A stretch of 64,000 nt of DNA, from the NCBI GenBank assembly GCA_946408925.1, contig CAMJUE010000003.1:14628-78627 (forward strand). The letters run 5' to 3'. Below the pieces are notes generated by a model. That model did not search any database. It saw nothing but the letters and a program-made list of their open reading frames with translations, and was not told where the DNA came from. Source of the stretch: an uncultured Methanobrevibacter sp. (GTDB lineage: Archaea > Methanobacteriota > Methanobacteria > Methanobacteriales > Methanobacteriaceae). This document shows, piece by piece, positions 1-9,812 of this stretch (its first letter is position 1; each line of letters starts with the position of its first letter). The position numbers were made by a program, and so were the translations under genes.

Positions 1-47
1 AATAAAGCGATTATTAATGCGATAAGTAACACTAACTTTTTATTCAT
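1..47 (-). CDS. 5' fragment of a secreted or membrane protein (runs off the window start)
   Basis: Minus strand reads MNKKLVLLIALIIAL (signal-peptide-like). Its ATG overlaps the rfbD stop (ATGA coupling). Confidence 0.6.
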   Translation of the reverse strand, partial: MNKKLVLLIALIIAL

Positions 48-883
48 TTGATCAACTCAATATATTCTTTAATAGCTTGCTTATAACTTCTTAATGGTTT
101 GAAACCTTTTTCTACCCAGTTTTTATTATCCAAAACAGAATAGCTTGGCCTTGGAGCGGGTCTTGCAAATTCGGATGCGGTTACAGGGATTACTTTAACA
201 TCCGCATCTGCAATTTCAAAAATATATTTTGCAAACTCACACCAGGAACAGCTTCCGGAATTTGTTAAATGATAAATTCCGTAAAAATCTGTTTCGATTA
301 ATTGCGAAATTCCCTGCGCCAAATCCGGGGTGTATGTCGGTGTTCCCACTTCATCATATACAACTGTTATTTCAGAGTGATTTTTAGCCAGTTCAAGCAT
401 TGTTTTAGGGAAGTTTTTACCATTTATTCCATACAGCCATGCAGTTCTGATAATGAAATATTTATCCAGAATTTCCAAAATGGCCTCTTCTCCTTTAAGT
501 TTACTTTTACCGTAAATACTGATTGGGCCGATTTCGTCATCTTCAACCCATGGCCTGTCATTTTTACCATTGAAAACATAATCGGTACTTATATGTACTA
601 GCGGGCAGTCCACTTCCCTGCATGCGAGTGCGAGGTTTTTTACTCCGTCACCATTAACGGCATATGCTATGTCCTGATTTTGCTCGCAGCCATCCACATC
701 AGTGTAGGCTGCAGAATTTATAACAATATCAGGGTTTGCATCACAAATAAACTCAATTGTATGGTTTTTATCAGTGATGTCCAATGTTTTAGAAGTTGTA
801 AGGATTAAATCATGATTTTCTCCCAAAACTTCGATTAGATCATGACCCAACATTCCGTTTGAACCTGTAATTAAAATCTTCAT
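44..883 (-). CDS. rfbD: dTDP-4-dehydrorhamnose reductase
   Basis: GSNGMLG Rossmann motif, AAYTDVD, HISTDYVF, YGKSK, GTPT and RPAPRP, all typical of RmlD. Confidence 0.95.
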   Translation of the reverse strand: MKILITGSNGMLGHDLIEVLGENHDLILTTSKTLDITDKNHTIEFICDANPDIVINSAAYTDVDGCEQNQDIAYAVNGDGVKNLALACREVDCPLVHISTDYVFNGKNDRPWVEDDEIGPISIYGKSKLKGEEAILEILDKYFIIRTAWLYGINGKNFPKTMLELAKNHSEITVVYDEVGTPTYTPDLAQGISQLIETDFYGIYHLTNSGSCSWCEFAKYIFEIADADVKVIPVTASEFARPAPRPSYSVLDNKNWVEKGFKPLRSYKQAIKEYIELIK

Positions 884-954
884 AATATCACTTAAAGCTT
901 TAATATATGTTAAAATATATATTATATGTAATATTTAAATAAGGAGTTAGAGTT

Positions 955-2193
955 ATGAAAGTTTGTATTATTGGTCAGGGATATATTGGACTTCCAACAG
1001 CAGCTCTGTTCTGTCGCAGCCACTGTGAAGTTGTTGGAGTGGACATTTCAGAGGAAATGATTAGAAATTTAAATAATGGAATTATCCACATAGAAGAGCC
1101 AGGAATATCAGACATCATCAGAAAAGCGGTGGAAAAAAAAGTTTACAAAGCAAGTCTAACTCCCGAAAAAGCTGACGCTTTCATAATCACCGTACCAACA
1201 CCATATATTGTTGAAAATTACAGTTGCGATTTAAGCTATGTTATAACCGCATGCGAATCAATAATGCCTTACGTTGAAAAAGGAAATACAATTATAGTGG
1301 AATCCACAATAGCTCCAATGTCAACTGATGAAGTAATCAAGCCTATTTTTGAAAAGGCCGGTTTTACAATTGGTAAAGACCTGTACCTGGCACATTGCCC
1401 TGAAAGGGTTCTTCCGGGAAGAATAATTGAAGAGCTGATTCATAATGACCGAATTATTGGAGGAGTTACACCTGAGTGTGCTGTAAAGGCAAGTGAAGTG
1501 TATGGCCAGTTTGTTGAAGGAGATTTGATGCTTACTGAAGCAAAAACCGCCGAATTATCAAAATGTATGGAAAATACATTTAGGGATGTTAACATTGCAC
1601 TTGCAAATGAGCTTGCAAAAATATGTGCCGAAATTGGTGTTAATGTTCTTGACGTAATAAAAATGGCAAATAAGCATCCAAGAGTTAACCTGCATTCCCC
1701 CGGACCCGGAGTCGGAGGGCATTGCCTTGCAATAGATCCTTACTTCATTTATTCCAAAGCTCCGCAAACCGCAAAGATAATCAAGTTAGCGCGTGACACC
1801 AACAATTCCATGCCGGATTTTGTTGTTGACAACGTCAAAAAGATAATCAAAGAGGGTAAAATTGCAATACTGGGAGTGTCATATAAAGGAAATACCGGTG
1901 ATGACAGGGAAAGTCCCGCTTATGAAATCATTGCAAAATTAGGCAACGATTATGAAATAGCAATTCATGACCCTCATATTAAAAATCCAAACTTTGTTGG
2001 TTTAGATGCGGCCGTAAAAGATGCGGATTTAATTCTGGTACTGTGTGACCATAATGAGTTTAAGCACCTGGATTATAATCTAATTTTAAAAAGCATGCAC
2101 AATCCAATAATATTCGATACAAAAAATATAATAAAAGAAGTTCCATCTGAAATTAAATTATTTAATTACGGGAACTTATATGAATTGACTTAA
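955..2193 (+). CDS. wecC: UDP-N-acetyl-D-mannosamine dehydrogenase (nucleotide-sugar dehydrogenase)
   Basis: GQGYIGLP, VPTP, CPERVLPG, ENTFRDVNIA, PGPGVGGHC, DDRESP. Confidence 0.88.
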   Translation: MKVCIIGQGYIGLPTAALFCRSHCEVVGVDISEEMIRNLNNGIIHIEEPGISDIIRKAVEKKVYKASLTPEKADAFIITVPTPYIVENYSCDLSYVITACESIMPYVEKGNTIIVESTIAPMSTDEVIKPIFEKAGFTIGKDLYLAHCPERVLPGRIIEELIHNDRIIGGVTPECAVKASEVYGQFVEGDLMLTEAKTAELSKCMENTFRDVNIALANELAKICAEIGVNVLDVIKMANKHPRVNLHSPGPGVGGHCLAIDPYFIYSKAPQTAKIIKLARDTNNSMPDFVVDNVKKIIKEGKIAILGVSYKGNTGDDRESPAYEIIAKLGNDYEIAIHDPHIKNPNFVGLDAAVKDADLILVLCDHNEFKHLDYNLILKSMHNPIIFDTKNIIKEVPSEIKLFNYGNLYELT

Positions 2194-3401
2194 AAATTTA
2201 TTGATTGGTCTGGTTGAATCGGTTGGCCGTTCCATGCTTTTAGAGAACTCCAGTCTTCAGAAGGCGCTTTCCAAAACATGTCCTCTGGTTTTAAACCTAA
2301 AGGCAGGAAAACTGCACAGCATGCATAAAGACTACCTGTATCAATATTATTTTCACAGATTTCAAGCTGGGATCCATTAAATCCGCAAATCAGCCATCCT
2401 TCTGAGTCAAAGTTTTGATTACCTGAAAATTGTCTTTGAATGACTTTAGTAAGTGCGCTTCTGACTTGTGCCGGTGAAATATTTCTTGGTAAAATTTTCA
2501 GCAATGCGGCCTGTGAAAGCAGGTGGAAAATTCCGCAACGATAAGATAATGCCTTACCCAAAAGCGGATAAGTTCCTTCAGGAGAAATCATTCTTTCAAG
2601 TTGAGAAGCCAATCTGGAAGATCTCATTAATTGCACATCCAACAATTCCCCTTCTTGAAGGCCGTATTTTCTCATTACCACTAAAACATCATTTAGCATT
2701 GGATGAATAACCAGGCTATTGAAATATCCCGCTTCAAAATCCTCACCGTTGGAGTAAATTCCATCTCCAATGTATAATTCATCCCTGAATTTTGAAATGG
2801 CATATGTTAATCTTTCCTTGTCACATTCACCTGTGAATTCCAGTAAAGCCGCTTCAATAATTGAAGTGTATAATAACCAATGATTTTCATAAGGAGCAAT
2901 AATTCTTGTATTTTTAAATTCACGAATTATTCTTGCCTGAACATCCATCGGCAAATTAAGCCAAACTTGAGTTTTAGCCCTAAGTAATCCTTGAGCAAAT
3001 AAAGCAACCTCAACTAAAGATTGTTTAGGTTCTACAACAAAAATATAATCATTATTATTTGTACTTACCGCATTTTTAATACATTTTAATGTTAATTGAA
3101 GGTATTTTTCACGAACTTTACCTTCCTGTGATGCATCTGCCCCCAATTCCAACCAAGGAGCAATACCATTAAAAACACGAGCAAATGCTTCGAGATATGA
3201 AAATTTCTGTCCTTCCGCATTATTTGATTCAAAAGGCATGTTTTTTCTAAGTGAGCCTCTAGCTAAATTATTAAGGACAGGAAAAGCTATTTTTTGTAAT
3301 ACTGAAACCCAAATAATCCTATCTTCCCAGACAGGAGCCTCTTCCTCAATTACAGGAGGTTCTTCTTCTTTTTTGAATCTTTTAAAAAATGAGTTGCTCA
3401 T
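2190..3401 (-). CDS. DUF2264 family protein
   Basis: YLEAFAR..GIAPWLEL, Q.LVE.A..AQGLLRA, NHWLL, YFNS.VIHPML, LERMISPEGTYP..G....YR. The start is placed at the second Met, about 25 nt below a TATA-like TATATATAA. Confidence 0.75.
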   Translation of the reverse strand: MSNSFFKRFKKEEEPPVIEEEAPVWEDRIIWVSVLQKIAFPVLNNLARGSLRKNMPFESNNAEGQKFSYLEAFARVFNGIAPWLELGADASQEGKVREKYLQLTLKCIKNAVSTNNNDYIFVVEPKQSLVEVALFAQGLLRAKTQVWLNLPMDVQARIIREFKNTRIIAPYENHWLLYTSIIEAALLEFTGECDKERLTYAISKFRDELYIGDGIYSNGEDFEAGYFNSLVIHPMLNDVLVVMRKYGLQEGELLDVQLMRSSRLASQLERMISPEGTYPLLGKALSYRCGIFHLLSQAALLKILPRNISPAQVRSALTKVIQRQFSGNQNFDSEGWLICGFNGSQLEICENNIDTGSLYACCAVFLPLGLKPEDMFWKAPSEDWSSLKAWNGQPIQPDQSINF

Positions 3402-3719
3402 GAGTAATATTTTATTTGACATTATATATAAAAATTTTTTTAATTGTGGTTGTGGTGGAGTACAATTAAATCAATCAGCATGAAACTTCATTTAATTTTC
3501 ATGATTTTTAACCAGATTTCACCAGTGCCTTTAAACAGTTCATGGTTTTAATCGTTAAATACTTTAATATTGTTTTTACCCCGTAAAAATGATTTAAATT
3601 AATATTTTCAATTAATATTGATTTTAAAATGAAAAATAATCTTGGAAAGAATTTTCAAAAAAAAGAGTTTATATACATTGTAAAACATATACATTTATCA
3701 TTATTAAGAGGTTTAAAAT

Positions 3720-4964
3720 ATGCCAACAATGTCTGAAAAAATATTAGCCAGAGCTTCAGGTAAAAAGAGTGTGGAAGCTGGAGATATAATTATAGCAAAT
3801 ATTGATGTGGCAATGACTCACGACCTAACAGGCCCTCTTTCAGTTCAGTCTTTTGAAAAGATAGGAGCTGAAAAAGTCTGGGATCCGTCAAAAATAGTCA
3901 TTCCGTTTGACCATCAGGTTCCGGCCGACTCAATTGACTCTGCTAACAACCATATTTTAATGAGAGAATTTGTTAAAAAGCAAGGCATCAAACATTTTTA
4001 TGATGTGAATGCCGGTGTTTGCCATCAAATTTTGCCTGAAAAAGGCCATGTGGTACCTGGAGAAGTTATTGTAGGTGCAGATTCACATACATGTACCCAT
4101 GGTGCTTTAGGTGCATTTGCAACAGGTATAGGTTCAACCGATATGGCAATGGTATTTGCTGAAGGTAACCTTTGGTTTAAAGTGCCTGAAACAAACCGCT
4201 TTAACATTACTGGTGATTTGAAGGACAATGTTTATGCTAAAGATGTTATACTGCACATAATAGGTAAAATGGGTGCAGACGGATCAACTTATAAGGCATG
4301 TGAATTTGCAGGCGAAACCGTTTCGGATATGAGTGTTTCAGACCGCATGGTTTTATGCAATATGGCAATTGAAATGGGTGGTAAAACAGGTTTGGTGGAA
4401 CCGGACAGAAAAACTGTTGATTATGTTGAAAAACGTTCCAATAAACCATATAAAGTATTTAAAACTGATTTGGATTCACCTTCTCTTAATATAATTGATA
4501 TTGATGTTAGTGAACTTGAACCGCAAATAGCCTGTCCCCACAATGTGGACAATGTAAAGCCGATAAGTGAAGTGGATGTCGAAATAGATCAGGTATTTTT
4601 AGGTTCATGCACCAACGGAAGATTAAGCGACCTTAGGGATGCCGCAAAAATATTGAAAGGAAATAAGATAGCTGACGGAACTAGAATGTTGGTTATACCG
4701 GCATCCAAGGAAGTTTATACACAAGCATTGGACGAAGGATTACTTAAGATATTTGTTGAAGCCGGAGCCCTTGTATCCGCCCCATGTTGCGGCCCATGTC
4801 TTGGAGGACATACCGGAATTATCGGGCCTGGAGAAGTGAGCCTTTCAACTTCAAACAGAAACTTCAAGGGAAGACAGGGCTCACCTGAAGGTGAAGTTTA
4901 CCTATCCTCCGCAGCAGTTGCTGCCGCTTCAGCGCTTGAAGGAAAAATTACAGCACCAAAGTGA
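3720..4964 (+). CDS. leuC: 3-isopropylmalate/citramalate isomerase large subunit (aconitase family)
   Basis: [30 protein letters not shown] and STSNRNF motifs. Lies in an operon with the small subunit and the dehydrogenase. Confidence 0.88.
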   Translation: MPTMSEKILARASGKKSVEAGDIIIANIDVAMTHDLTGPLSVQSFEKIGAEKVWDPSKIVIPFDHQVPADSIDSANNHILMREFVKKQGIKHFYDVNAGVCHQILPEKGHVVPGEVIVGADSHTCTHGALGAFATGIGSTDMAMVFAEGNLWFKVPETNRFNITGDLKDNVYAKDVILHIIGKMGADGSTYKACEFAGETVSDMSVSDRMVLCNMAIEMGGKTGLVEPDRKTVDYVEKRSNKPYKVFKTDLDSPSLNIIDIDVSELEPQIACPHNVDNVKPISEVDVEIDQVFLGSCTNGRLSDLRDAAKILKGNKIADGTRMLVIPASKEVYTQALDEGLLKIFVEAGALVSAPCCGPCLGGHTGIIGPGEVSLSTSNRNFKGRQGSPEGEVYLSSAAVAAASALEGKITAPK

Positions 4965-4968
4965 TATC

Positions 4969-5445
4969 ATGAAAGGTAAAGCATGGAAATTTGGAGACGA
5001 TATCGACACAGACATCATTGTTCCCGGAAGATATCTAATATATACAGATGAGGAAACCCTTGCAAAGCATTGCATGGAAGGTCTGGATTCAGAATTCAGC
5101 GAAAAATGCAATAATGGAGATTTTATCGTTGCAGGTAAAAATTTCGGATGCGGATCCTCACGTGAACATGCTCCAATAGCTCTCAAGGGTGTTGGAATTT
5201 CAGCAGTGATTGCCGAGTCTTTTGCAAGAATATTTTATCGTAACGCTACAAATGTGGGAGTTCCTCTCTTAGAGGCTCCAGGAATTAGCAAATTAGTTGA
5301 AGATGGAGAAGAAATTACTGTAGATATGGAAAATGCTACAATAACATCAAGCAATGGAGAAAGTATTGAATTTAAGAAATTACCTCCATTCATGTTAGAA
5401 ATTTTAAATCAAGGTGGTTTGATTGAGTACCTCAAAAACAAATAG
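4969..5445 (+). CDS. leuD: 3-isopropylmalate isomerase small subunit
   Basis: MKGKAWKFGDDIDTD, NFGCGSSREHA, SFARIFYRN. The substrate loop is YLIY (LeuD-like YLVY type, not the homoaconitase YLRT type). Start corrected to the ATG at 4969. Confidence 0.88.
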   Translation: MKGKAWKFGDDIDTDIIVPGRYLIYTDEETLAKHCMEGLDSEFSEKCNNGDFIVAGKNFGCGSSREHAPIALKGVGISAVIAESFARIFYRNATNVGVPLLEAPGISKLVEDGEEITVDMENATITSSNGESIEFKKLPPFMLEILNQGGLIEYLKNK

Positions 5446-6427
5446 TTATAAAATAGCAGTGGTTCCGGGAGATGGAATAGGCAAAGAGGTAATGCAGGCA
5501 ACACTGGATGTGTTGAATGAACTGGACATCGACTTTGAATACATTTACGGCGATGCAGGTGATGAATGCCTTGAAAAAACAGGAACTGCACTTCCAAAAG
5601 AGACATTGGACATCATTAGAGATTCAGATGCATGTCTGTTTGGTGCGGCAGGTGAAACCGCAGCGGATGTTATTGTTAAAATACGCCAGGAAATGAAGAT
5701 GTTTGCTAATTTAAGACCAGTTAAAGCTTACCCAAATACCAATTCATTATTTGAAAACATTGACTTTATGATTGTGCGTGAAAATACTGAAGGAATGTAC
5801 ATTGCAGATGAGGAATCATATACAGATGAAGGGGCAGTCGCAAGACGTATTATCACCCGTGAAGCTGAAAGACGAATTATTGACTATGCATTCCAATATG
5901 CTAAAAACAATAATAAATCAAAAGTCACAGCGGTTCATAAGGCAAATGTGCTTAAAAAGACAGACGGGCTGTTTCGCGAAATTTTCTATGAAGTTGCAAA
6001 GGAATATCCGGAAATTGCAACCGAGGACTTTTATGTGGATGCAACAGCAATGTATCTCATTACACAGCCTGAAAGCTTTGAAGTTATAGTGACAACCAAT
6101 CTTTTCGGAGATATTTTATCTGATGAGGGAGCTGGCCTTGTTGGAGGACTCGGTTTAATCCCATCAGCAAATATTGGTGAAGACGGTGCGCTGTTTGAAC
6201 CTGTCCACGGTTCAGCACCAGACATTGCAGGTCAAAATAAGGCCAATCCGATAGCCATGATGCTTTCAGCAATAATGATGCTCAGGTATTTAGGTGAAAA
6301 CCAGGCGGCTAATATATTTGAAGCCGCAATATTGAAAGTATTAAATGACGCTAATATTTTAACCGGCGATTTGGGCGGTTCGGCCACTACAGCTGAACTG
6401 ACAGCCGAAATTAAAAATAATCTATAA
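5423..6427 (+). CDS. leuB: 3-isopropylmalate/3-methylmalate dehydrogenase
   Basis: GDGIGKEV, NLRP, VRENTEG, HKANV, NLFGDILSD, EPVHGSAPDIAG. TTG start. Confidence 0.87.
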   Translation: MSTSKTNSYKIAVVPGDGIGKEVMQATLDVLNELDIDFEYIYGDAGDECLEKTGTALPKETLDIIRDSDACLFGAAGETAADVIVKIRQEMKMFANLRPVKAYPNTNSLFENIDFMIVRENTEGMYIADEESYTDEGAVARRIITREAERRIIDYAFQYAKNNNKSKVTAVHKANVLKKTDGLFREIFYEVAKEYPEIATEDFYVDATAMYLITQPESFEVIVTTNLFGDILSDEGAGLVGGLGLIPSANIGEDGALFEPVHGSAPDIAGQNKANPIAMMLSAIMMLRYLGENQAANIFEAAILKVLNDANILTGDLGGSATTAELTAEIKNNL

Positions 6428-6444
6428 ATAAAGGAGAAAAAAAT

Positions 6445-6558
6445 ATGAATTTCAAAAAAATGACTAGAATGCAACTTGCAGCACTTTTTATCATATTCAT
6501 TATGGTAGTAAGTGGGGTAGCAGGATTTTTACTCATTATATTTAGCGGTGGCGCATAA
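6445..6558 (+). CDS. 37-aa single-pass small membrane protein (not in ORF track)
   Basis: AAGGAG Shine-Dalgarno at 6431-6436, then MNFKKMTRMQLAALFIIFIMVVSGVAGFLLIIFSGGA*. It fills the leuB-ribH gap in the same direction. Confidence 0.7.
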   Translation: MNFKKMTRMQLAALFIIFIMVVSGVAGFLLIIFSGGA

Positions 6559-6584
6559 AAACAATAAAAAGAGGATTGATAAAT

Positions 6585-7001
6585 ATGGCAAAATATGAAA
6601 TAGCAGCAGTAGTTGCAGAATTTAATTATGATATTACACAAATGATGTTAGAACTTGCAAAAGCAGAAGCAAAAAACAGAGGATGTGAAATTACAAAAGT
6701 GGTTGCAGTACCTGGAGTATTCGACATGCCTCTTGTAATCAAAAAATTATTGCAAAAAGATGAATACGATGCAATTATCACCCTTGGTGCAGTAATTGAA
6801 GGTGCAACCGACCACGATCAAATCGTAGCACAACATGCATCCCGTAAAATTGCTGATTTGGCACTTGAATATGACACTCCGGTGGCTTTAGGAATTACCG
6901 GACCTGGCATGACCAGAATGGATGCTCACAGACGTGTCAAAAATGCAAAAAGTGCTGTGGAAGCTGCAATAAAAATGTGTGACAGATTAAAAGAAATTTA
7001 G
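6585..7001 (+). CDS. ribH: 6,7-dimethyl-8-ribityllumazine synthase
   Basis: AEFN, VPGVFDMP, LGAVIEGATDHD, PVALGITGPG (archaeal type). Confidence 0.93.
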   Translation: MAKYEIAAVVAEFNYDITQMMLELAKAEAKNRGCEITKVVAVPGVFDMPLVIKKLLQKDEYDAIITLGAVIEGATDHDQIVAQHASRKIADLALEYDTPVALGITGPGMTRMDAHRRVKNAKSAVEAAIKMCDRLKEI

Positions 7002-7009
7002 ATGATTAC

Positions 7010-7948
7010 ATGGAAATCTTAAAACCAAATGAATTAAGAGAAAAATTCGATGACCCGTGGATTGCACCATATGAAAAGGTATTGACCATGGTTGATGGGG
7101 ACAAAGTCGAAATTGTAGAATACCATCCATGCATTTCAGGGTCCCATTGGTTATTAAATCAGTACAGAAACAATTCCGAACTTATCGATTCAGCTCGCCG
7201 TGACGGAAACAGACATTTTTATAAATGCCATGTTGGAAAAGCTCCACTTGATTTGAAAGCCAGTTTCAATGCTGCCGGTATCGATGAGATTATTGTTGAT
7301 GGTGATGAAGTAAAAGTCACACATGCAGGTCTTGCTGGAGCAGGCGTTGGAGCAGGAATGTGCAGAGGAATGGGCGAAGGCGTAAAATACATTGAACTTC
7401 TTGATATCGGAGGAGGTTCAAAGGTGGGAAGGGCAACAGTTGTGACCCCTAAACTTGAAAAGGTGGTTATTGGAGTTGATGACACCGATGTTAAAGACGC
7501 CGGTGCCACATGGACAATGGCCCATAACCTGGGAGTTGAACTTGCAGAGGAAGGATATGAGTATTTGGATCATATCATCGTTCAGTTATATCCTCACAAT
7601 CCGCATAAAACCCAGAACTGTGTTTCAATTGCTCTTACTTTTGCTGTTGAAAGCGACAAAAAGCAGGACCTGATTGACAGAGTCATTGAAATACTTAAAA
7701 GAGACACTTTATCCGATAAAACAGCAATAGCAATATTGGAAGGTTTGGACATTCCTCCAAAATTAAGAGAATATTCCATTGCTACCAAATCAGGAATGAT
7801 GGAAGTTGAAACTGCTGAAAAAGTTGCGGAAGAATTGAACATTCCTCTGATTGCAGTTACAGGCGAACAGGGTAAAGTTGGCGCTCTTGCAGCTTTAGGA
7901 CTTTATGATGATGTTGAAGAAGCCGTAAAGGCTTATGATAAAAAATAG
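7010..7948 (+). CDS. mmp11: methanogenesis marker protein 11
   Basis: DPWIAPY, AGLAGAGVGA..CRG, IGVDDTD...GATW, QLYPHNPHKTQNC. Confidence 0.85.
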   Translation: MEILKPNELREKFDDPWIAPYEKVLTMVDGDKVEIVEYHPCISGSHWLLNQYRNNSELIDSARRDGNRHFYKCHVGKAPLDLKASFNAAGIDEIIVDGDEVKVTHAGLAGAGVGAGMCRGMGEGVKYIELLDIGGGSKVGRATVVTPKLEKVVIGVDDTDVKDAGATWTMAHNLGVELAEEGYEYLDHIIVQLYPHNPHKTQNCVSIALTFAVESDKKQDLIDRVIEILKRDTLSDKTAIAILEGLDIPPKLREYSIATKSGMMEVETAEKVAEELNIPLIAVTGEQGKVGALAALGLYDDVEEAVKAYDKK

Positions 7949-7985
7949 TAACCTTTAAAAGGTTATTTTTTCATTTCTTTTTTTA
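7949..7985. terminator. hairpin plus T-tract terminator between convergent genes
   Basis: TAACCTT-TAA-AAGGTTA, followed by T-rich tracts and preceded by an A-tract. Confidence 0.5.
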
Positions 7986-9701
7986 ATTTTCACTTAAATA
8001 TTCTTCAAAATTAAAGTTCAGGAAATTACCCTGATTTTTAGGAACATACTGTTTTATTGAAGTTGAATTAACATCTTTAAATACTATTTCAACCGTATTG
8101 TTCTGATATACAAATGAAGTATTGTTTAAATTATTGACAGTCGCTATATGCTCGCCATCAATAGCTATGTTATATGCCGAATCGTTTTTCAACACACCTG
8201 TTGACGAAACGACTGATTCATTATTAATGAATACTTCAAAGCTCATTGAATTTAGGTCCCTGCTGGAAACGATAAATGTCTCGGCAATTGAAACATTGTC
8301 CTTATTATCATGATTATGGGTGATTTTTGAACCTGCAAATATTTCTTTTAGTCGACTGTTCTGAATCACATCTTCATCCCTGACATTCAGGTCCTTTTTG
8401 GCATGAATTGGCAGTCTCAATATATCCGGCTCCCCAAGTCTTGTTTCATTTATGGTATAGGTCTCGCCATCTATCTCGATTGTGTCATTTAGTTTAATAC
8501 CCAGTGTCATCATTGCATCTGACGGCACCCTTATTATATCTGATTCATTTTCAATAGCTGAATCTATAGTGTATGGACCTCTAACTGAAATGGAGTTATC
8601 GCGCGGTGAATCGTCAGCGTAAATTATCAGGTTCCTTGAGTTCGGCTCAATTGACAGCACCCCATGCTCAAAGTGTGCGGCTCCGATAAATGTTGAAATC
8701 ATCAGGAGAAGCACAATTATTGAAATTATCATCGGGAAATGTATTTTTACAAACGACCTGAATATACTGCCACCTGGGGTCTTTCTGAATATTATGATTG
8801 ATTGAACTATGACTTTAATAATGTAATAAATAGCTATTATAACTCCAATTACAGAAATCAGAACTCCAATAGCCAATGGAACAAATTTTACGAAAAATAT
8901 TGTAAATAACCCTAAAATTACTAATGACAATCCAACTATTGACATTCTAATGTAATATCCGATGTCATCAATCATTGTAACTCTACCGTACTTGTTAGCA
9001 CGGCTAATGATAGTCCTTACAACCTCATTTGCCATCAGGTTCAAATCTGAGAGTGGAGACATGTCATGTTCAATAGCACCAATGTCCACTTCCTTAATTG
9101 AAATGCCCATAACATCAGCATCGATAACGATACCAACATCGACACCATAATCCTTTTCAAAATTAATCTTTTTCAATACTTCCTTACGTGCTGCAAACTG
9201 ACCGCTTAAAGGTTGTTCAAATGAAATTTCAGGAAAGAAAAAGTTTAAAAGAGGCTTCGCAGTAAGCTCTGTCACCCGTCCACTAGCACGTGAAAATTTG
9301 GTTTTTGTAATATCGCTTTCACCATCCAATATTGGCTTAATTATAGATTCCACTTTACTTGAAGTTAAATTATAAATATCAGCATCAATGAATGCTATTA
9401 TATCACATTCCGCCTCCTTAAAACCGGTGTGCAATGCCTCACCCTTACCCTTATTTACTTCATGAGTGATTACTCGGGCTCCAGCCTTAAGGGCTTCTGA
9501 TTCCGTATTGTCTGATGATCCGTCATTAACGACGATGATTTCATCGACAAACGATACATTCCTTACCACATCAATTACCTTAGCTACGGTTTCCTCTTCA
9601 TTATATGCGGGAATGATAACTGAAACCTTCTGATATTTCTTAGGTTTTTCAGTTTTAATGCTAGCTAGTAAAAATGCAATAATTACAAAAAACCAATACA
9701 A
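7983..9701 (-). CDS. GT2 glycosyltransferase (GpgS-like catalytic domain) with TM helices and a C-terminal extracytoplasmic domain
   Basis: IPAYNEE, VNDGS, GKG.A, DAD, GRVTELTAKP, QPLSGQFA, YGVDVG, followed by three hydrophobic helices. Confidence 0.8.
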   Translation of the reverse strand: MYWFFVIIAFLLASIKTEKPKKYQKVSVIIPAYNEEETVAKVIDVVRNVSFVDEIIVVNDGSSDNTESEALKAGARVITHEVNKGKGEALHTGFKEAECDIIAFIDADIYNLTSSKVESIIKPILDGESDITKTKFSRASGRVTELTAKPLLNFFFPEISFEQPLSGQFAARKEVLKKINFEKDYGVDVGIVIDADVMGISIKEVDIGAIEHDMSPLSDLNLMANEVVRTIISRANKYGRVTMIDDIGYYIRMSIVGLSLVILGLFTIFFVKFVPLAIGVLISVIGVIIAIYYIIKVIVQSIIIFRKTPGGSIFRSFVKIHFPMIISIIVLLLMISTFIGAAHFEHGVLSIEPNSRNLIIYADDSPRDNSISVRGPYTIDSAIENESDIIRVPSDAMMTLGIKLNDTIEIDGETYTINETRLGEPDILRLPIHAKKDLNVRDEDVIQNSRLKEIFAGSKITHNHDNKDNVSIAETFIVSSRDLNSMSFEVFINNESVVSSTGVLKNDSAYNIAIDGEHIATVNNLNNTSFVYQNNTVEIVFKDVNSTSIKQYVPKNQGNFLNFNFEEYLSEN

Positions 9702-9812
9702 TTAAAATTCACCATTAATAAGTTATTATTATATTACATTTATTAATCGAACAGTTATAAATGTTTTTATAAAACAAATGTTTTACAATTAAAAAATAGA
9801 AAAGAAATGAAA

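Noticed and set aside
3440-3472. TTTAATTGT...ACAATTAAA hairpin with a G-rich loop as an ncRNA or attenuator for leuC
   Set aside because: It is a single AT-rich stem far upstream of the leuC TATA box, with no leader peptide or recognisable RNA family.
3720-6427. Homoaconitase/homoisocitrate (aksDEF, coenzyme B) assignment for the aconitase-family operon
   Set aside because: The small-subunit YLIY loop favours isopropylmalate/citramalate isomerase. A phylogeny against the paralogues would be needed to exclude aks fully.
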